From positions 1 through 64,000 of the forward strand of contig DASXQR010000003.1 of assembly GCA_036507075.1 (NCBI GenBank): a stretch of 64,000 bases of DNA, in the 5' to 3' direction. Source of the DNA: Acidobacteriota bacterium. Its GTDB lineage: Bacteria > Acidobacteriota > UBA6911 > JACQSX01. This document shows positions 28,047 to 39,500 of this stretch, one piece after another. A model generated the notes under the pieces. That model saw only the letters and a program-made list of their open reading frames with translations, made no database searches and had not been told where the DNA came from. The number at the start of each line of letters is the position of its first letter. Within the stretch, counting starts at the first letter, position 1. The position numbers were made by a program, and so were the translations under genes.

Positions 28047-28129
28047 GAGCCCGTCCGTTCCTTGCCGCTCTTCGCGGCTAAGTTTTCTTGAATAATCCGG
28101 GGCTTCCAATTATTTGCTGCAAGTGACCT

Positions 28130-29551
28130 ATGGGTGTACGAATCACTCAAGTAGAGGAACGTTCCATCGCGGCGGAACTGGGAATTCATGCGAACGATGA
28201 AATCGTTTCCATTAATGACCGTCCGATCCGGGACATCATTGATTACCGGTTTCACTCCTCCCAGGACAGCTTTGTCCTGAGGCTGAAAAAACCAGGCCAG
28301 AATGGCGACCAGCTCTGGGATCTTGACCTGGAGCTGGAGGGCGAAGATCTCGGGTTGGAGATCGAAGATTTCAAGAATAAGGGCTGCAACAACAAATGCG
28401 TATTTTGTTTTATCGACCAGCTTCCCGACTCCGCCCGGGTCGCCATGAAGTTCCGCGATGATGACTTCCGTCTATCCTTTCTTCACGGCAACTACATCAC
28501 TTTGACAAACATGCGCATCAAAGAGATCGAGCGCGTCGTGGAGCAGAGGCTGAGCCCGCTTTACGTATCGGTCCATGCGACGGACCTGGCGGTTCGGAAT
28601 CGGATGCTGGGCCGCGCCGACGACGGAGGTTTCTGGGAGAAATTTGAAAGGCTGGTAAACGGAGGCATCACTCTCCACACGCAAGTAGTGTTATGCCCAA
28701 CATACAATGATGGTCCCATTCTGAAGCAGACGATCTTTGATCTCTACCGCTACTATCCCGGAGTGGCGACAGTTTCCATTGTGCCATTGGGCCTGTCAAA
28801 GCATCGTGCTGCCTCCGACGGGCTGGTGGCGGTAACGCCTGAGTTCTGCAAGCAGGTGATCGACCAGGTTACACCTTACCAGGAGGATTTCAGACGGCGT
28901 AGTGGCGCTACATTCGTTCATCTGGCTGACGAGTTTTATCTCGTCACTGGGCGGCCTATTCCTCCTGCCGCGCATTACGGCGAATTTCCGCTGACGGAAG
29001 ACGGGATCGGAATGGTGCGACTGTTCGCCCGGGACTTTCAGCACAACCTGAAGGTTTTGGGCGCGGGGAACGGTTCCGGTAAGAAAAAGCGCGCTGCGGT
29101 TAAGAGTTCATTTGCCGCCAGGGAAGGTACGGGGAGTGCCATATTTGGCCGGCTGCGGGGATCGATCGCTACCAGTACCCTTTTTGAAGAATCATTGCGG
29201 CGCCACATCGATTGCCTGAATCTGGAAACGGGAAGCCGGCTCGAAGTGTTCTCCGTGCCCAATGCCTTTCTAGGCGAGAGTATCACGGTGGCCGGCTTGC
29301 TGGCGGGACGGGATATTGCGGCTGAGGCGCGGCAAAAAATGAGCGGGGGTTTCCTGATCGTGCCATCCGAGGCCGTTTCCAACAGCAGCAGGCTTTTCAT
29401 TGACGGCTATACCACCGCCAGAATTTCCGAGGAAGCAGGTATTCCTGTTTTCGAGGGCGGACTGACGGTCGATTCCTTTTTCGATTTGTTGCAGAAGCTT
29501 TCATGCGAATGCGGAATGCAGAATGCGGAATGCGGAATATGCAAAACTTAG
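28130..29551 (+). CDS. PDZ plus radical-SAM-like Fe-S protein (DUF512 family)
   Basis: N-terminal PDZ-like segment; CNNKCVFCFIDQ; DDD.RLSFL.GNYITLTN; ADEFY; ITVAGLL. Confidence 0.88.
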   Translation: MGVRITQVEERSIAAELGIHANDEIVSINDRPIRDIIDYRFHSSQDSFVLRLKKPGQNGDQLWDLDLELEGEDLGLEIEDFKNKGCNNKCVFCFIDQLPDSARVAMKFRDDDFRLSFLHGNYITLTNMRIKEIERVVEQRLSPLYVSVHATDLAVRNRMLGRADDGGFWEKFERLVNGGITLHTQVVLCPTYNDGPILKQTIFDLYRYYPGVATVSIVPLGLSKHRAASDGLVAVTPEFCKQVIDQVTPYQEDFRRRSGATFVHLADEFYLVTGRPIPPAAHYGEFPLTEDGIGMVRLFARDFQHNLKVLGAGNGSGKKKRAAVKSSFAAREGTGSAIFGRLRGSIATSTLFEESLRRHIDCLNLETGSRLEVFSVPNAFLGESITVAGLLAGRDIAAEARQKMSGGFLIVPSEAVSNSSRLFIDGYTTARISEEAGIPVFEGGLTVDSFFDLLQKLSCECGMQNAECGICKT

Positions 29552-29611
29552 TTTCTAAACGGAGAGTAAAATCGCTTTCTATTCCGCATTCCGCATTCCG
29601 AAATCCGCATT
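29503..29611. repeat. Inverted heptamer arrays GAATGCG / ATTCCGC
   Basis: Read directly; the left arm lies inside the end of the DUF512 ORF. Confidence 0.88.
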
Positions 29612-29672
29612 TTGAGGACGGCTTTCGCTGCACGCTGTGACTGTACATCTGCGTTGAAATTCTCCTAATTGT

Positions 29673-30560
29673 ATGAAGATTGAAAAGGTCGGCGTGGTCG
29701 GTTTTGGTTTGATGGGTTCCGGAATTGCGCAGGTTTGCGCGACGGCCGGGCTGGAGACCTACAGCTGTGAGGTCTCCGACGAACTGCTGAAAAAGGGCCG
29801 TTCATCCGTCGAGAAATCCCTCACAAAGCTGGAAGAAAAGGGGAAGCTTCCCGCCGGACGTAAAGACGGGGTTCTGGCACGCCTCCACTGCAGCACGGAC
29901 CTGGGTTCGCTGTCGGAGTGCGATCTGGTCATTGAGGCGATTACGGAAAACCTGCAGGCGAAGAGGGAACTGTTTGGGCGCCTGGATTCGATGGTGAATG
30001 ACAAGGCGATTTTTGCCAGCAATACTTCCTCGCTTTCAATTACCGAGATGATGATGGCGACTCATCGTCCGGATCGCTTCATCGGGATGCATTTTTTTAA
30101 TCCCGTGCCCCTGATGCCGCTGGTGGAAATCGTAAAAACCCTCGCTACCGACGTTTCGGTGATCGATGCTGCGGTCGCTTTTGCCGTAAAAATCGGGAAG
30201 ACGCCGATCCGAACCTCGGACCGCGCGGGATTCATCGTCAACCGGCTGCTTGTTCCCTACCTGCTGGACGCAGTGCGGGCCCTGGAGGAAGGGGTGGGAA
30301 CGGTCGAAGACATCGACGACGGCATGAAACTCGGGTGCGGCTATCCAATGGGTCCGTTTACGCTGCTCGATTTTGTAGGGCTTGATACCACTTATTACGT
30401 TGCCAACATCATGTTTGAAGAGTTTCGCGAAAGGCGCTTCGCTCCTCCTTCGCTTCTCAAGCGCATGGTCATAGCAGGTCGTCTGGGGAGGAAGTCGGGC
30501 AAGGGTTTTTATGATTACTCGTCGGGAGTCCCGCAAGGCGACAAGCAGAGGAAGAGCTAA
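29673..30560 (+). CDS. hbd: 3-hydroxybutyryl-CoA dehydrogenase
   Basis: G.GLMGSGIAQ, ASNTSS, GMHFFNPVP, GFIVNRLL, PMGP, GRKSGKGFY. Confidence 0.92.
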   Translation: MKIEKVGVVGFGLMGSGIAQVCATAGLETYSCEVSDELLKKGRSSVEKSLTKLEEKGKLPAGRKDGVLARLHCSTDLGSLSECDLVIEAITENLQAKRELFGRLDSMVNDKAIFASNTSSLSITEMMMATHRPDRFIGMHFFNPVPLMPLVEIVKTLATDVSVIDAAVAFAVKIGKTPIRTSDRAGFIVNRLLVPYLLDAVRALEEGVGTVEDIDDGMKLGCGYPMGPFTLLDFVGLDTTYYVANIMFEEFRERRFAPPSLLKRMVIAGRLGRKSGKGFYDYSSGVPQGDKQRKS

Positions 30561-30585
30561 CACACTGTACATTTGGATCGACACT

Positions 30586-30639
30586 GTAGAGACGCGACAT
30601 GTCGCGTCTGAGTTCTGACGCGGCATGCCGCGTCTTTAC
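30586..30639. repeat. GTAG-type REP doublet
   Basis: GTAGAGACGCGACATGTCGCGTCT followed by inverted GACGCGGCATGCCGCGTCTTTAC. Confidence 0.8.
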
Positions 30640-30689
30640 GCCCTTCGTGTCTTTGTGGTGAGAAAATTCAAAGCCTCCCCGGGAGCACT

Positions 30690-31475
30690 ATGGCAAATTT
30701 TGAATTTTTGAAGGTTGAGATTTCAGACCGCATCGCCACCGTAACGATTAACCGCGAGAATGCGCTGAATGCGCTGAATGCAACTGTTGTTGATGAGCTT
30801 CGGCAGGCATTTCTGGCTCTGAGGCACGATGATTCCGCAGGCGGAGTGATCTTGACGGGCGCCGGTGAGAAGGCCTTTGTTGCGGGCGCCGACATTAAAG
30901 AAATGTCTGACTATCAGTCACTGCAGGCGCGGGACTTTTCGCAACGCACCCAGCATGTCTTCAACCTGATTGAAGGCCTGGGCAAACCTGTGGTCGCCGC
31001 CATCAATGGCTTTGCGCTGGGAGGAGGCTGTGAGCTGGCGCTGGCCTGCCATATGAGGATTGCTTCGGTCAATGCGCGGATCGGCCAGCCTGAAGTGAAA
31101 CTTGGCATCATGGCAGGTGCAGCCGGCACACAACGCCTCCCCCGGCTGGTGGGGAAAGGCCTGGCGCTGGAGCTTTTGCTCACCGGGGAGATGATTTCGG
31201 CCGAAGAGAGCCAGCGCATCGGCCTGGTAAATCGCGTGGTCGCGCCCGCGGAATTGCTGCACGTATGCCGCGGTCTGCTGCAGCAGATCCTGAAGAATGG
31301 TCCGCTGGCCGTGCGCTACACAATTGAAGCGGTCCAGAACGGGCTGGAAATGTCGCTCGAACAGGGCTCCTTTCTCGAGTCCACGCTGTTTGGCATGTGC
31401 TTTGCCACCGAAGACATGAAAGAGGGAACTCGCGCATTCGTCGAAAAAAGGCCTGCTGTGTTCAAGGGACGCTGA
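30690..31475 (+). CDS. crt: Enoyl-CoA hydratase (crotonase)
   Basis: AFVAGADI, NGFALGGGCELA, GQPEVKLG, TQRLPRLVG. Confidence 0.9.
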   Translation: MANFEFLKVEISDRIATVTINRENALNALNATVVDELRQAFLALRHDDSAGGVILTGAGEKAFVAGADIKEMSDYQSLQARDFSQRTQHVFNLIEGLGKPVVAAINGFALGGGCELALACHMRIASVNARIGQPEVKLGIMAGAAGTQRLPRLVGKGLALELLLTGEMISAEESQRIGLVNRVVAPAELLHVCRGLLQQILKNGPLAVRYTIEAVQNGLEMSLEQGSFLESTLFGMCFATEDMKEGTRAFVEKRPAVFKGR

Positions 31476-31480
31476 AAAAC

Positions 31481-31675
31481 GGTCTGTGGTCAGTAGTCCG
31501 TTGTCAGTGGTCAGTCGCCCGTTGTCAGTTGTCCATTGTCAATTGTCCATTGTCGTTTGCGCTTAGTCTTCGAGTGATCAAACTGATGAGAGCCCGTTGC
31601 TTCAGCCGTCATAAAAGGGGCTCATCGGGCTGAAACAGAAACTAGCAACGGACCACCGACTACCGACTACTGACA
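31481..31675. repeat. Inverted heptamer arrays (GGTCAGT/TGTCCAT ... ACCGACT/ACTGACA)
   Basis: Arms at 31481-31554 and ~31640-31675. Confidence 0.85.
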
Positions 31676-31679
31676 AAAA

Positions 31680-32186
31680 GTGATGCCGAAAATAATCGAA
31701 GGCGATCTTAAATCGAGCGGATTTCGCTTCGCGCTGATTATCTCGCGATTTAACAGTCTGCTGACTTCTCAACTGGAGCAGGGCGCATTGGATGCGCTCA
31801 GGAGAACCGGTGCTCAGGAACAAGACATTGAAATCGTTCGTGTTCCCGGGTCATTCGAGATTCCTCAGGCTGCCAGGAAAGCTGCCAATGCCGGTGTATT
31901 CGATGCCGTGGTCTGTCTCGGCGTATTGATCCGCGGAGAGACGCCTCACTTTGATCAGATTGCGACTGAAGTGAGCCGCGCGATCGCAAATCTGACGCTG
32001 GAGTATGACATTCCAATCATCTATGGAATCATTACCGCCGATACCGTCGAGCAGGCAATCAATCGCGCAGGCGTGAAGCATGGAAACAAGGGATTCGACG
32101 CCGCCATGGCCGCCGTTGAACTGGCCAACGCTTACAAGACTTGGCCCGCGGCAAGCAGAAAGTCCGCCAGGAAAGATTTGAAATAA
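31680..32186 (+). CDS. ribH: 6,7-dimethyl-8-ribityllumazine synthase
   Basis: [25 protein letters not shown]. Confidence 0.96.
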   Translation: MMPKIIEGDLKSSGFRFALIISRFNSLLTSQLEQGALDALRRTGAQEQDIEIVRVPGSFEIPQAARKAANAGVFDAVVCLGVLIRGETPHFDQIATEVSRAIANLTLEYDIPIIYGIITADTVEQAINRAGVKHGNKGFDAAMAAVELANAYKTWPAASRKSARKDLK

Positions 32187-32590
32187 TGGGCTCACGCAGA
32201 CACTCACGCGAATGCGCGCTCCAGATGTTGTTCCAGCGGGACCTGACGGGAGATCCGGTTGGGGAAATTGCGAGCAATTTCTGGGAAGGCAAGAAGGAAT
32301 CCGAAGACACCCGGCTGTTCGCGGAGTCTCTGGTCAGCGGCACTGTAGAGGGGCAGGATCGCATCGATCCCATCATCAAGAAGCAGGCGGAACACTGGAG
32401 GCTTGAGAGAATGGCTGCTGTGGATCGAAACATCCTGCGGCTGGCGGTCTACGAAATGCTGGAAGGCGTGACTCCACCGGCGGTGGTGATCAATGAAGCG
32501 ATTGAAATTGCGCGCAAATTTTCTACTGACGAATCCACGCAGTTTGTTAACGGCATCCTCGACGGCATTCGAAAAGAACTCGACAAATAA
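32186..32590 (+). CDS. nusB: Transcription antitermination factor NusB
   Basis: [40 protein letters not shown] coupling with ribH. Confidence 0.95.
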   Translation: MGSRRHSRECALQMLFQRDLTGDPVGEIASNFWEGKKESEDTRLFAESLVSGTVEGQDRIDPIIKKQAEHWRLERMAAVDRNILRLAVYEMLEGVTPPAVVINEAIEIARKFSTDESTQFVNGILDGIRKELDK

Positions 32591-32601
32591 GATATAGCGG
32601 A

Positions 32602-34110
32602 ATGAACGAGACGGATCCGATCGTACAACGAAAGAAAAAATTGGAAGAGATCATACAGAAGGGTTTCGACCCTTATCCGCACAAATACGACTACACCCAC
32701 ACCATCGCCGGAGTGATTCAGGAGTTTTCCTCCAAAAGTCATGAAGACCTGGAGTCGAGTCCCATCCACGTGCGTGTTTGCGGGCGATTGATCGCCCTGC
32801 GGGCGCACGGCAAGGCGGCATTTGCGCATCTGACGGACGGTGAGGCCAAGGTTCAAATTTACATAAAGAAGGATAAAGTCGGCGACCGCTTGTTCGACTT
32901 GTACCAACTGCTTGACGTGGGAGACATCCTGGGAGCATCCGGGCAGATCTTCCGGACCCGAACCGGCGAGTTGACGGTTTTTGTCGCGGAAATGGAATTG
33001 CTGGCCAAGTCGCTCCTGCCGTTGCCTGAGAAATGGCATGGTTTGACCGACACGGAAGCCCGGTATCGCCAGCGCTACGTCGATCTGATCGCCAACCCCG
33101 AGGTGCGCGAGATCTTTAAGCGACGCGCTGCCATTGTTCGTGAAATTCGCACCTTTTTCGACGAGCGCGGTTATATCGAAGTCGAAACGCCGATGATGCA
33201 ATTAATGGCAGGAGGGGCAACCGCCCGTCCTTTCCAGACTTTCCACAAGGCGCTCGGAATTCCTCTGTATCTGCGGATCGCGCCCGAACTCTTTCTAAAG
33301 CGGCTCACAGTGGGAGGGTTTCCCCGGGTCTATGAGATAAATCGGAATTTCCGCAACGAAGGAATTTCCACCATGCACAATCCCGAGTTCACCATGCTCG
33401 AGTTTTACCAGGCATATAGCAATTATCGGGATTTGATGGACCTTTCCGAAGAACTGCTCACGCGCGTGGCCGAGCGGGTCGGCGGGTCGCGGCAGCTGCA
33501 ATACCAGGGCACGGTAATCGACTTTGGGCGCTGGCAACGATTCACCTTATACGAATCAATTCTGCATTTCTGGAATCTTCCTGCTGAAAAGCCGGAGCTT
33601 TCGGACCTGAAGAACCCGGAAAAACTGCGTAACCTGCTGGAAGGTCACAATATTGCCTATCTTCGATCGATGGGCCAGGGAGCCATGCTGGGTCAGCTTT
33701 TCGAAGCGGTAGTGGAGCATCAATTGATCCAGCCCACCATTATTTATGACTACCCGGTCGAGTTGTCGCCACTTTCAAAGACGCGGGACGATGACACTTC
33801 GCTCGTGGAACGGTTCGAGCTGTTTGTCGGCGGCATGGAAATTGCCAATGCGTACAGTGAGCTGAATGATCCCGAGGAGCAGCGCCGGCGGTTCGAGGAG
33901 CAGTTGCGCAAGAAGGCCGCGGGTGACGACGAAGCACACGGGATGGACGAAGACTATATCCGCGCCCTGTCCTACGGCATGCCTCCCACGGCAGGCGAGG
34001 GAATCGGCATCGATCGGCTGACCATGATATTGACCAACACGCGTTCAATCCGTGAAGTAATTCTCTTTCCCCACCTCCGCCCCGAACGGATCGAGGCGGA
34101 TACCCCCTGA
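32602..34110 (+). CDS. lysS: Lysine--tRNA ligase (class II)
   Basis: [43 protein letters not shown]. Confidence 0.97.
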   Translation: MNETDPIVQRKKKLEEIIQKGFDPYPHKYDYTHTIAGVIQEFSSKSHEDLESSPIHVRVCGRLIALRAHGKAAFAHLTDGEAKVQIYIKKDKVGDRLFDLYQLLDVGDILGASGQIFRTRTGELTVFVAEMELLAKSLLPLPEKWHGLTDTEARYRQRYVDLIANPEVREIFKRRAAIVREIRTFFDERGYIEVETPMMQLMAGGATARPFQTFHKALGIPLYLRIAPELFLKRLTVGGFPRVYEINRNFRNEGISTMHNPEFTMLEFYQAYSNYRDLMDLSEELLTRVAERVGGSRQLQYQGTVIDFGRWQRFTLYESILHFWNLPAEKPELSDLKNPEKLRNLLEGHNIAYLRSMGQGAMLGQLFEAVVEHQLIQPTIIYDYPVELSPLSKTRDDDTSLVERFELFVGGMEIANAYSELNDPEEQRRRFEEQLRKKAAGDDEAHGMDEDYIRALSYGMPPTAGEGIGIDRLTMILTNTRSIREVILFPHLRPERIEADTP

Positions 34111-34158
34111 AGTCAACGGTTGAAGATTGCCTCAAAGAGATTCACCACAGAGGCACAG

Positions 34159-34483
34159 TCCGGCCGCAGGCCGCAACCAAAAAGCCGTCTACGAAAACGT
34201 CAACCACTACGTCTACGAGCACGATCACGACAACCTCCACGTCCTGCGTTCACGAGCACGAGCACGTCAACGTCTTCGTCCCAGGTCCACGCTTACGACA
34301 AGATGATCAGCTTCAATTCTCTGCAGCCCAGGCTGCACCCCACGAGATTGTAGACATTATCGTAGACGTGGCCGACCCCCGTGGACGTTGGACGTGGTCG
34401 TGCTCGTGAACCTGAGACGTAGTCGTGGACGTAGGCGGCTTTGAAAAATGTTGCCAAAAAAACAAGAAGTTACCAACTTGTTA
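34159..34483 (-). mobile_element. Asymmetric-end element, copy 2 (reverse orientation), inserted in a 9-mer hairpin spanning 34141-34624
   Basis: CCGGCCGCAGGCCGCAACC at the left, GTTACCAACTTGTTA at the right; interior homologous to 15153-15385. Confidence 0.72.
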
Positions 34484-34809
34484 CTTAGCGAAGCCGCAAC
34501 TAAAGAGCGGGGGCGGTCCAGCATGGCCGACCGTTGATAATTTGCGCAAGCCCCGAAAACTCCCGCGGTTAGTAGTACAGAGGACACAGGGGATTTCCTG
34601 TGTCCTCTGTGCCTCTGTGGTGACTCTCCTTTGCAACGGTTTTGTAGCAGGATTAAACGATTCCTACATGTTTGTCCTGCCGCCAGAGATTCGGCTCAGC
34701 TCGCGACTGGTCGACTGCAAACCTGTAAACCACATTGTGGCATAGGCTAAGCACGGCTCAGGTGCTGCCTTTCAACGTTCCTCTTTATGGTGCTAAGATT
34801 GCTTAGCTC

Positions 34810-36234
34810 ATGAAAAAACAGGTTGCCCGGATGCCGGCAGATTCAAAAAAAAACTCACCCACCCAGCGCGCTGTCAAGGTGCTCGATCGAATTTCCGCCG
34901 GAAGGGAGCCTGGACAATCGCGTTTTCAAAAAGTATTTCGGACAATTTCTGACCCTGTTCCGATGTATCTGGCGCTGGTGCTCCATGACGCTGGGAAAAA
35001 ACATCGACGCTTGGTTCCCCCAGAAGGCGCGCCCGCAGCCCGGAGCGCCCGCAGTCAATTGGAGAGCAGTTCCGAGCGCGCTGCGGCTGTAGATTTCCTG
35101 GTGAGACACTCGTTGTTAATGCCGGCACTGTCGCAGCGTCGTGATTTGTCCGATCCGGCCCTGATTGAAGATTTCGCGCGCACCGTCCAGACACTGGATC
35201 GCCTCAACATGCTGGTGCTTTTCACCTACGCGCAGGCCAGCAGCGCCGGGCTTGGCGACTGGAATTCCTGGAAAGCGGAGCTTCTTTGGGAATTGTACAG
35301 TCTTGCGCGATCGCATCTTGAGGGCAAACCCGCCAGGTGGGACCAACACCGGACCGACCTGGTCAAACAACGAATCATCCGGCATCTCCTGTCTGAGCAT
35401 TTGCCTGTCTCAGCGCAGCACAGGTTTGCTTTTCGCCGGTCAGAATGGTGGGTCGGGATTTTCGCGGAGTTTCTGCCTGTTGAAGTGGAGCGCCACTTTG
35501 CCATGCTGCCGGAGCGTTATCTCCGCTCTACAGAGCCGGACCAGATTACCCAGCAACTGCGCTTGATCCGCCAGTTGTCCGACAGGCCATTGGCCACCAG
35601 TTGGGAGAACCTGGGAGACGGCCATACCACGCGGCTGACCGTTTGTACACGTGACAGCACCGGACTGTTCGCCCGGCTGGCCGGAGTGCTGACTTCTCAC
35701 GCGATCAACATACTGAGCGCGGTTTTGTATACGCGCGAGGACGGAGTGGTCGTTGATGTCTTCAAATTGTGCGAGATCGACGGACAGCAGCCTGTGGCTC
35801 TGGAGCACCGTTCGAGGGTAGATCTGACATTGAGCGACGCCGTCGAGGGAAAACTCGACGTGGCAGGCGTGGTCAATCGCTGGCTCTCGCGGACGACGGG
35901 CCCGCGCCAGCGGCCGTACTGGAAACCGACCTTCCCCAGTGTGAATTTCGATTCCGAGGTCAGCGCCACCAGTACGGTTATTGAGGTTCACGCCGAGGAT
36001 GAGCCGGGTGTCGCCTACAAGATTGCGCACACGTTGTCGGAAATGGGGCTCAACATCAACTTTGCCAAGATTTCTACCGAGAACAGTCAGGTTCTGGATG
36101 TTCTTTATGCCACCAGTGAGTCGGGCAAGAAGCTGACCCGGGCGGAAATGACAGCCGTCGAACAGAGGCTGGTGGAAGCGCTGGCCCCGAGCCGTGGCGC
36201 GTTGACCAAAGCTGCCAGTGCGCGACAGCAATGA
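34810..36234 (+). CDS. GlnD-like protein lacking the N-terminal nucleotidyltransferase (partial HD domain plus two ACT domains)
   Basis: LHDAGK, QRRDLSDP, WNSWKA.LL.ELY, ACT1 (DSTGLFARLAG), ACT2 (DEPGVAYKIA). Confidence 0.78.
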   Translation: MKKQVARMPADSKKNSPTQRAVKVLDRISAGREPGQSRFQKVFRTISDPVPMYLALVLHDAGKKHRRLVPPEGAPAARSARSQLESSSERAAAVDFLVRHSLLMPALSQRRDLSDPALIEDFARTVQTLDRLNMLVLFTYAQASSAGLGDWNSWKAELLWELYSLARSHLEGKPARWDQHRTDLVKQRIIRHLLSEHLPVSAQHRFAFRRSEWWVGIFAEFLPVEVERHFAMLPERYLRSTEPDQITQQLRLIRQLSDRPLATSWENLGDGHTTRLTVCTRDSTGLFARLAGVLTSHAINILSAVLYTREDGVVVDVFKLCEIDGQQPVALEHRSRVDLTLSDAVEGKLDVAGVVNRWLSRTTGPRQRPYWKPTFPSVNFDSEVSATSTVIEVHAEDEPGVAYKIAHTLSEMGLNINFAKISTENSQVLDVLYATSESGKKLTRAEMTAVEQRLVEALAPSRGALTKAASARQQ

Positions 36235-36331
36235 CGCCGGCACCCACAGGGCCCCGACCGGGAGGGAGCATCTGTCCAAATTAGCTTTTTGGATTACAGA
36301 AGAGAGATTCGTCAAATAGCAGCGGCGCACC

Positions 36332-36447
36332 AGCCCGCCGCTTTTTGGCGGGCGACAGCCTGTAGCCCACGGCGTAGCGCCAGCGAAGCCGTGGGAACGC
36401 GAAGCAGTCAAATCCGCCAAGCCCGCCGCTTTTTGGCGGGCGGCAGC
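36332..36447. repeat. REP-like cluster: two AGCCCGCCGCTTTTTGGCGGGCG hairpins around CCCACGG...CCGTGGG
   Basis: Direct repeats starting at 36332 and 36420, each self-complementary. Confidence 0.75.
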
Positions 36448-36507
36448 AGCCGATGTTTTTAACCGACAAGAGCGGCCACGAATGTAAGTAATGCGCCACG
36501 GAGGGGG

Positions 36508-39500
36508 TCAAAAGTAAAACTTAACTCCCAGTTGAGTGACCCGCGTTGTGATGCCCTGTACGCCACCGCCGATTTTGCCAAAGTTGACAGAACGGATGTT
36601 ACGGTCAAGCGAGCCGGGATCGGGATTGAAATGATTGAACAGGTTGAAAATCTCGGCTCGGAATTGCAACTGTCGGGTTTCCTGGAAGCGAATGGACTTG
36701 GAAAGCGAGAAATCCACGTTGTTCAGCCCCGGTAGTCGAATCGCGGCGGTTCGAGACGACGTGCCAAAGCGACCGAAGGCAGCAGGCTCGAAAGCTGCCG
36801 TGTTAAACCAGCGCTGGTAGGTTCGCTCGCCGCGAGGAAGATTGGCCTTTTGACCGGGGACAAGGTCGGGCCGGGAACTAATGCCGGTGCCGGTGGTATC
36901 GACGTTATTAGTGACCGGAGCGGGAAAGCCGCTCTGTTCGGTAATGATAGTGCTGAGTTGCCAACCATCTAACAGGTACTTGACCGCGCCCTGGGTGGAC
37001 TTAAAAAATGGCACGTCGTAAATCACGGTTTGTACGAAGCGCTGCGTCAAATCGAAGCCGGAGGCAGACCGGTCACCCCGAAGATAAAAGATATCCTGCG
37101 GCGCCCCGATGAAGTTGCCGCCACCCACCTGACCGCCGATGTCGTTGGGTCCGGAAATCGCCTTCGACCAGGTATAAGCAGTCAGGAAGGTCAATCCCCT
37201 GGCCAGGCGGCGTTCCGCTTTCAACTGCAGAGAATGGTAAATAGAGTTCCCAATGGACTTGTCCGATCGCACATTTCGGGCGTAGGCCTGATTGGGACGT
37301 CGAGCGTTGAGCGAAGGGAGACCGGGTGTCCGCGGGTCTACCAAAGCAATGGGCCGGTTCATGTCTTCGAAGGTGACGATCAAACGAGTTCCTTTGGAAC
37401 CGACGTAGCCTGCGTCGATGATTATGTTTCCAGGCAATTCATGCTGGACATTCAAATTCCATTGCTGGATGTAAGAGTCGCGCAGGTTCTGGTCCAGGCT
37501 GACGGCAAAGTTGAGCGCGCCACTGGTTACAGCCGAGGAAAAAGGATCATTGAAGAAGACGTTGGGCGCACCGGTGATATTCCCGTTCACCGTGGCCCCG
37601 GCTGTGGCCTGCGCGCCCTCCACCATGGCAAAGACAGCATTGGAAATCTGGGGAGTGAAATAGACGCCGTAACCGCCCCGGATCACTGTCTCGCCAAAAC
37701 GGGCGGGCCGATAGGCGAAACCGAAGCGCGGCCCAAAATTATTTCGATCCGGTGCAATAAGGGAGCGGCCATAACGAGAAGTTTGCGGTGTCACCAGGCC
37801 GGCAACTACAAAGCCATTTTGTTCTATGTTGACAATCTTGTCGTCCGACTGCTTGTAAGGTTGGAAATAGTCATAGCGCAAGCCCAGGTTCAGAGTGAGA
37901 CGCGGTAAAATCTTCCAGTCGTCCTGCACGAAGTAGGCATGCCAGAAATTGTTCAAATCTGTGGAAGTATGCGCCGGATTGATACTGGCATTGCGCACGT
38001 ACCCGAGCATGAAGTCAGCCAGCGCAGAACCCGTATAGGTGCCATCGAAACTAAAGGATCCGCGCGGCGCCCGAGCCTGCTCGAAAGTGACGTTGCGGCG
38101 TGTGATCTCGGCGCCAAACTTCATGTAGTGTTGGCCACGCTGCCAGGAAAGGATGTCGCTAAACTCCCAGATCTGGTTGGAGCGATCGCGAGGACCAATC
38201 TGTCGCTGCAGATTGTACACTTGAAAAGATCCGTCGGGACCATTGATGCTGATCGTCGGCGGGCCGAACTCGGCAGGCAGCCGTGAAACCAGGGGCAACT
38301 TCATACGCCCGACTACATCGAAGGCTGGGTCGTTGGTTGTGCCAAAAATCTCGCTTTCGAAAAACCGGTGCCAACCTCCGCGGAGTTCATTCAGCAAGCG
38401 GGCATTGAACGTATGCAGCCAGGACGAAGCCACAAGTTGGGTGCGACCCAAATTGTTGCGCTCGTCGTGACCCCAGAAAGGGATGCCGGCTTCATACGTA
38501 TCATTGAAGACATAGCGGCCGGAAATCGAGTCCCGAATCGAAAAGTTGTGATCCACGCGAGCGGTGTAGTTGTCCTGTGTCGAGGTGGCGCCAAAAGAGC
38601 CAGAGCTGTAGTTAAAAGAGCCCTCGCGGGTGTTGGGCTGCGCAACAAATTCAAGAAAGGCCAGCGCCTGGGGACTGAGGGCGGAACGGGGGATCACGTT
38701 GTTGCTGATCCCCACGTTGAGTGGATCGCGCAGCACAATCGGCTGGTTGGTTCGTGGGTTGATCAGATTGCGAAAGTCTCCGCTGCGTATCTCGCTGGGA
38801 GGAATCAGCGCCAGACTGCTGGGGTTGGCCTGGAGCTGGCGACCGCTTTCCCAGTTGAAAAAGAAAAAAGTGCTTTCGCGCCCGTTGAAAAGCTTGGGCA
38901 GCCAGACAGGACCGCCGATGTTGGCGCCGAACTGGTTGCGATTCAGGCGCGGCGGGTCGACTTTTTTCCTGGCAATGGCGTCGTAAGTTTGGGTCAGCGC
39001 GTCGTTGCGATTAAACTCCCAGACCGTGCCGCGATAGGCCGACCCGCCGGACCGCGTGACCATGTTGACCTGCCCGCCCGGAGCTCCACCCAACTCGGCC
39101 GAGTATGTGCTGGTCTCGACCTTGAATTCCGCCAGGGAATCGACCGAGGGAGAGAAGCTGTAAGTCATCGCGTCGTAGTCCATCATTTCCAGGCCGTCAA
39201 TGAAAAAACGGTTGGCGGTGTCGCGCGAACCGTTGGCCGACATGCCGGTGGAGCCAAAGGGGGAATCCTGTTGCCCGATGGAGCCACGACCGCGGCGCAC
39301 CGTGATGCTTCCCGGCGTGCCTGCCTGAACACCGGGAATCAGTTGGGCCAATTGGACAAAGTTGCGACCGTTGAGAGGAAGTTCCACGATCTTGGTTGAA
39401 TCAATCACGGTACCGACGGTGGAGGTTTCGGTTTGCAGCAATATCACTCCGCCCTCGACGCTTATCGTCTGCGTGACCTCGCCTACGGTAAGCTGGAAGT

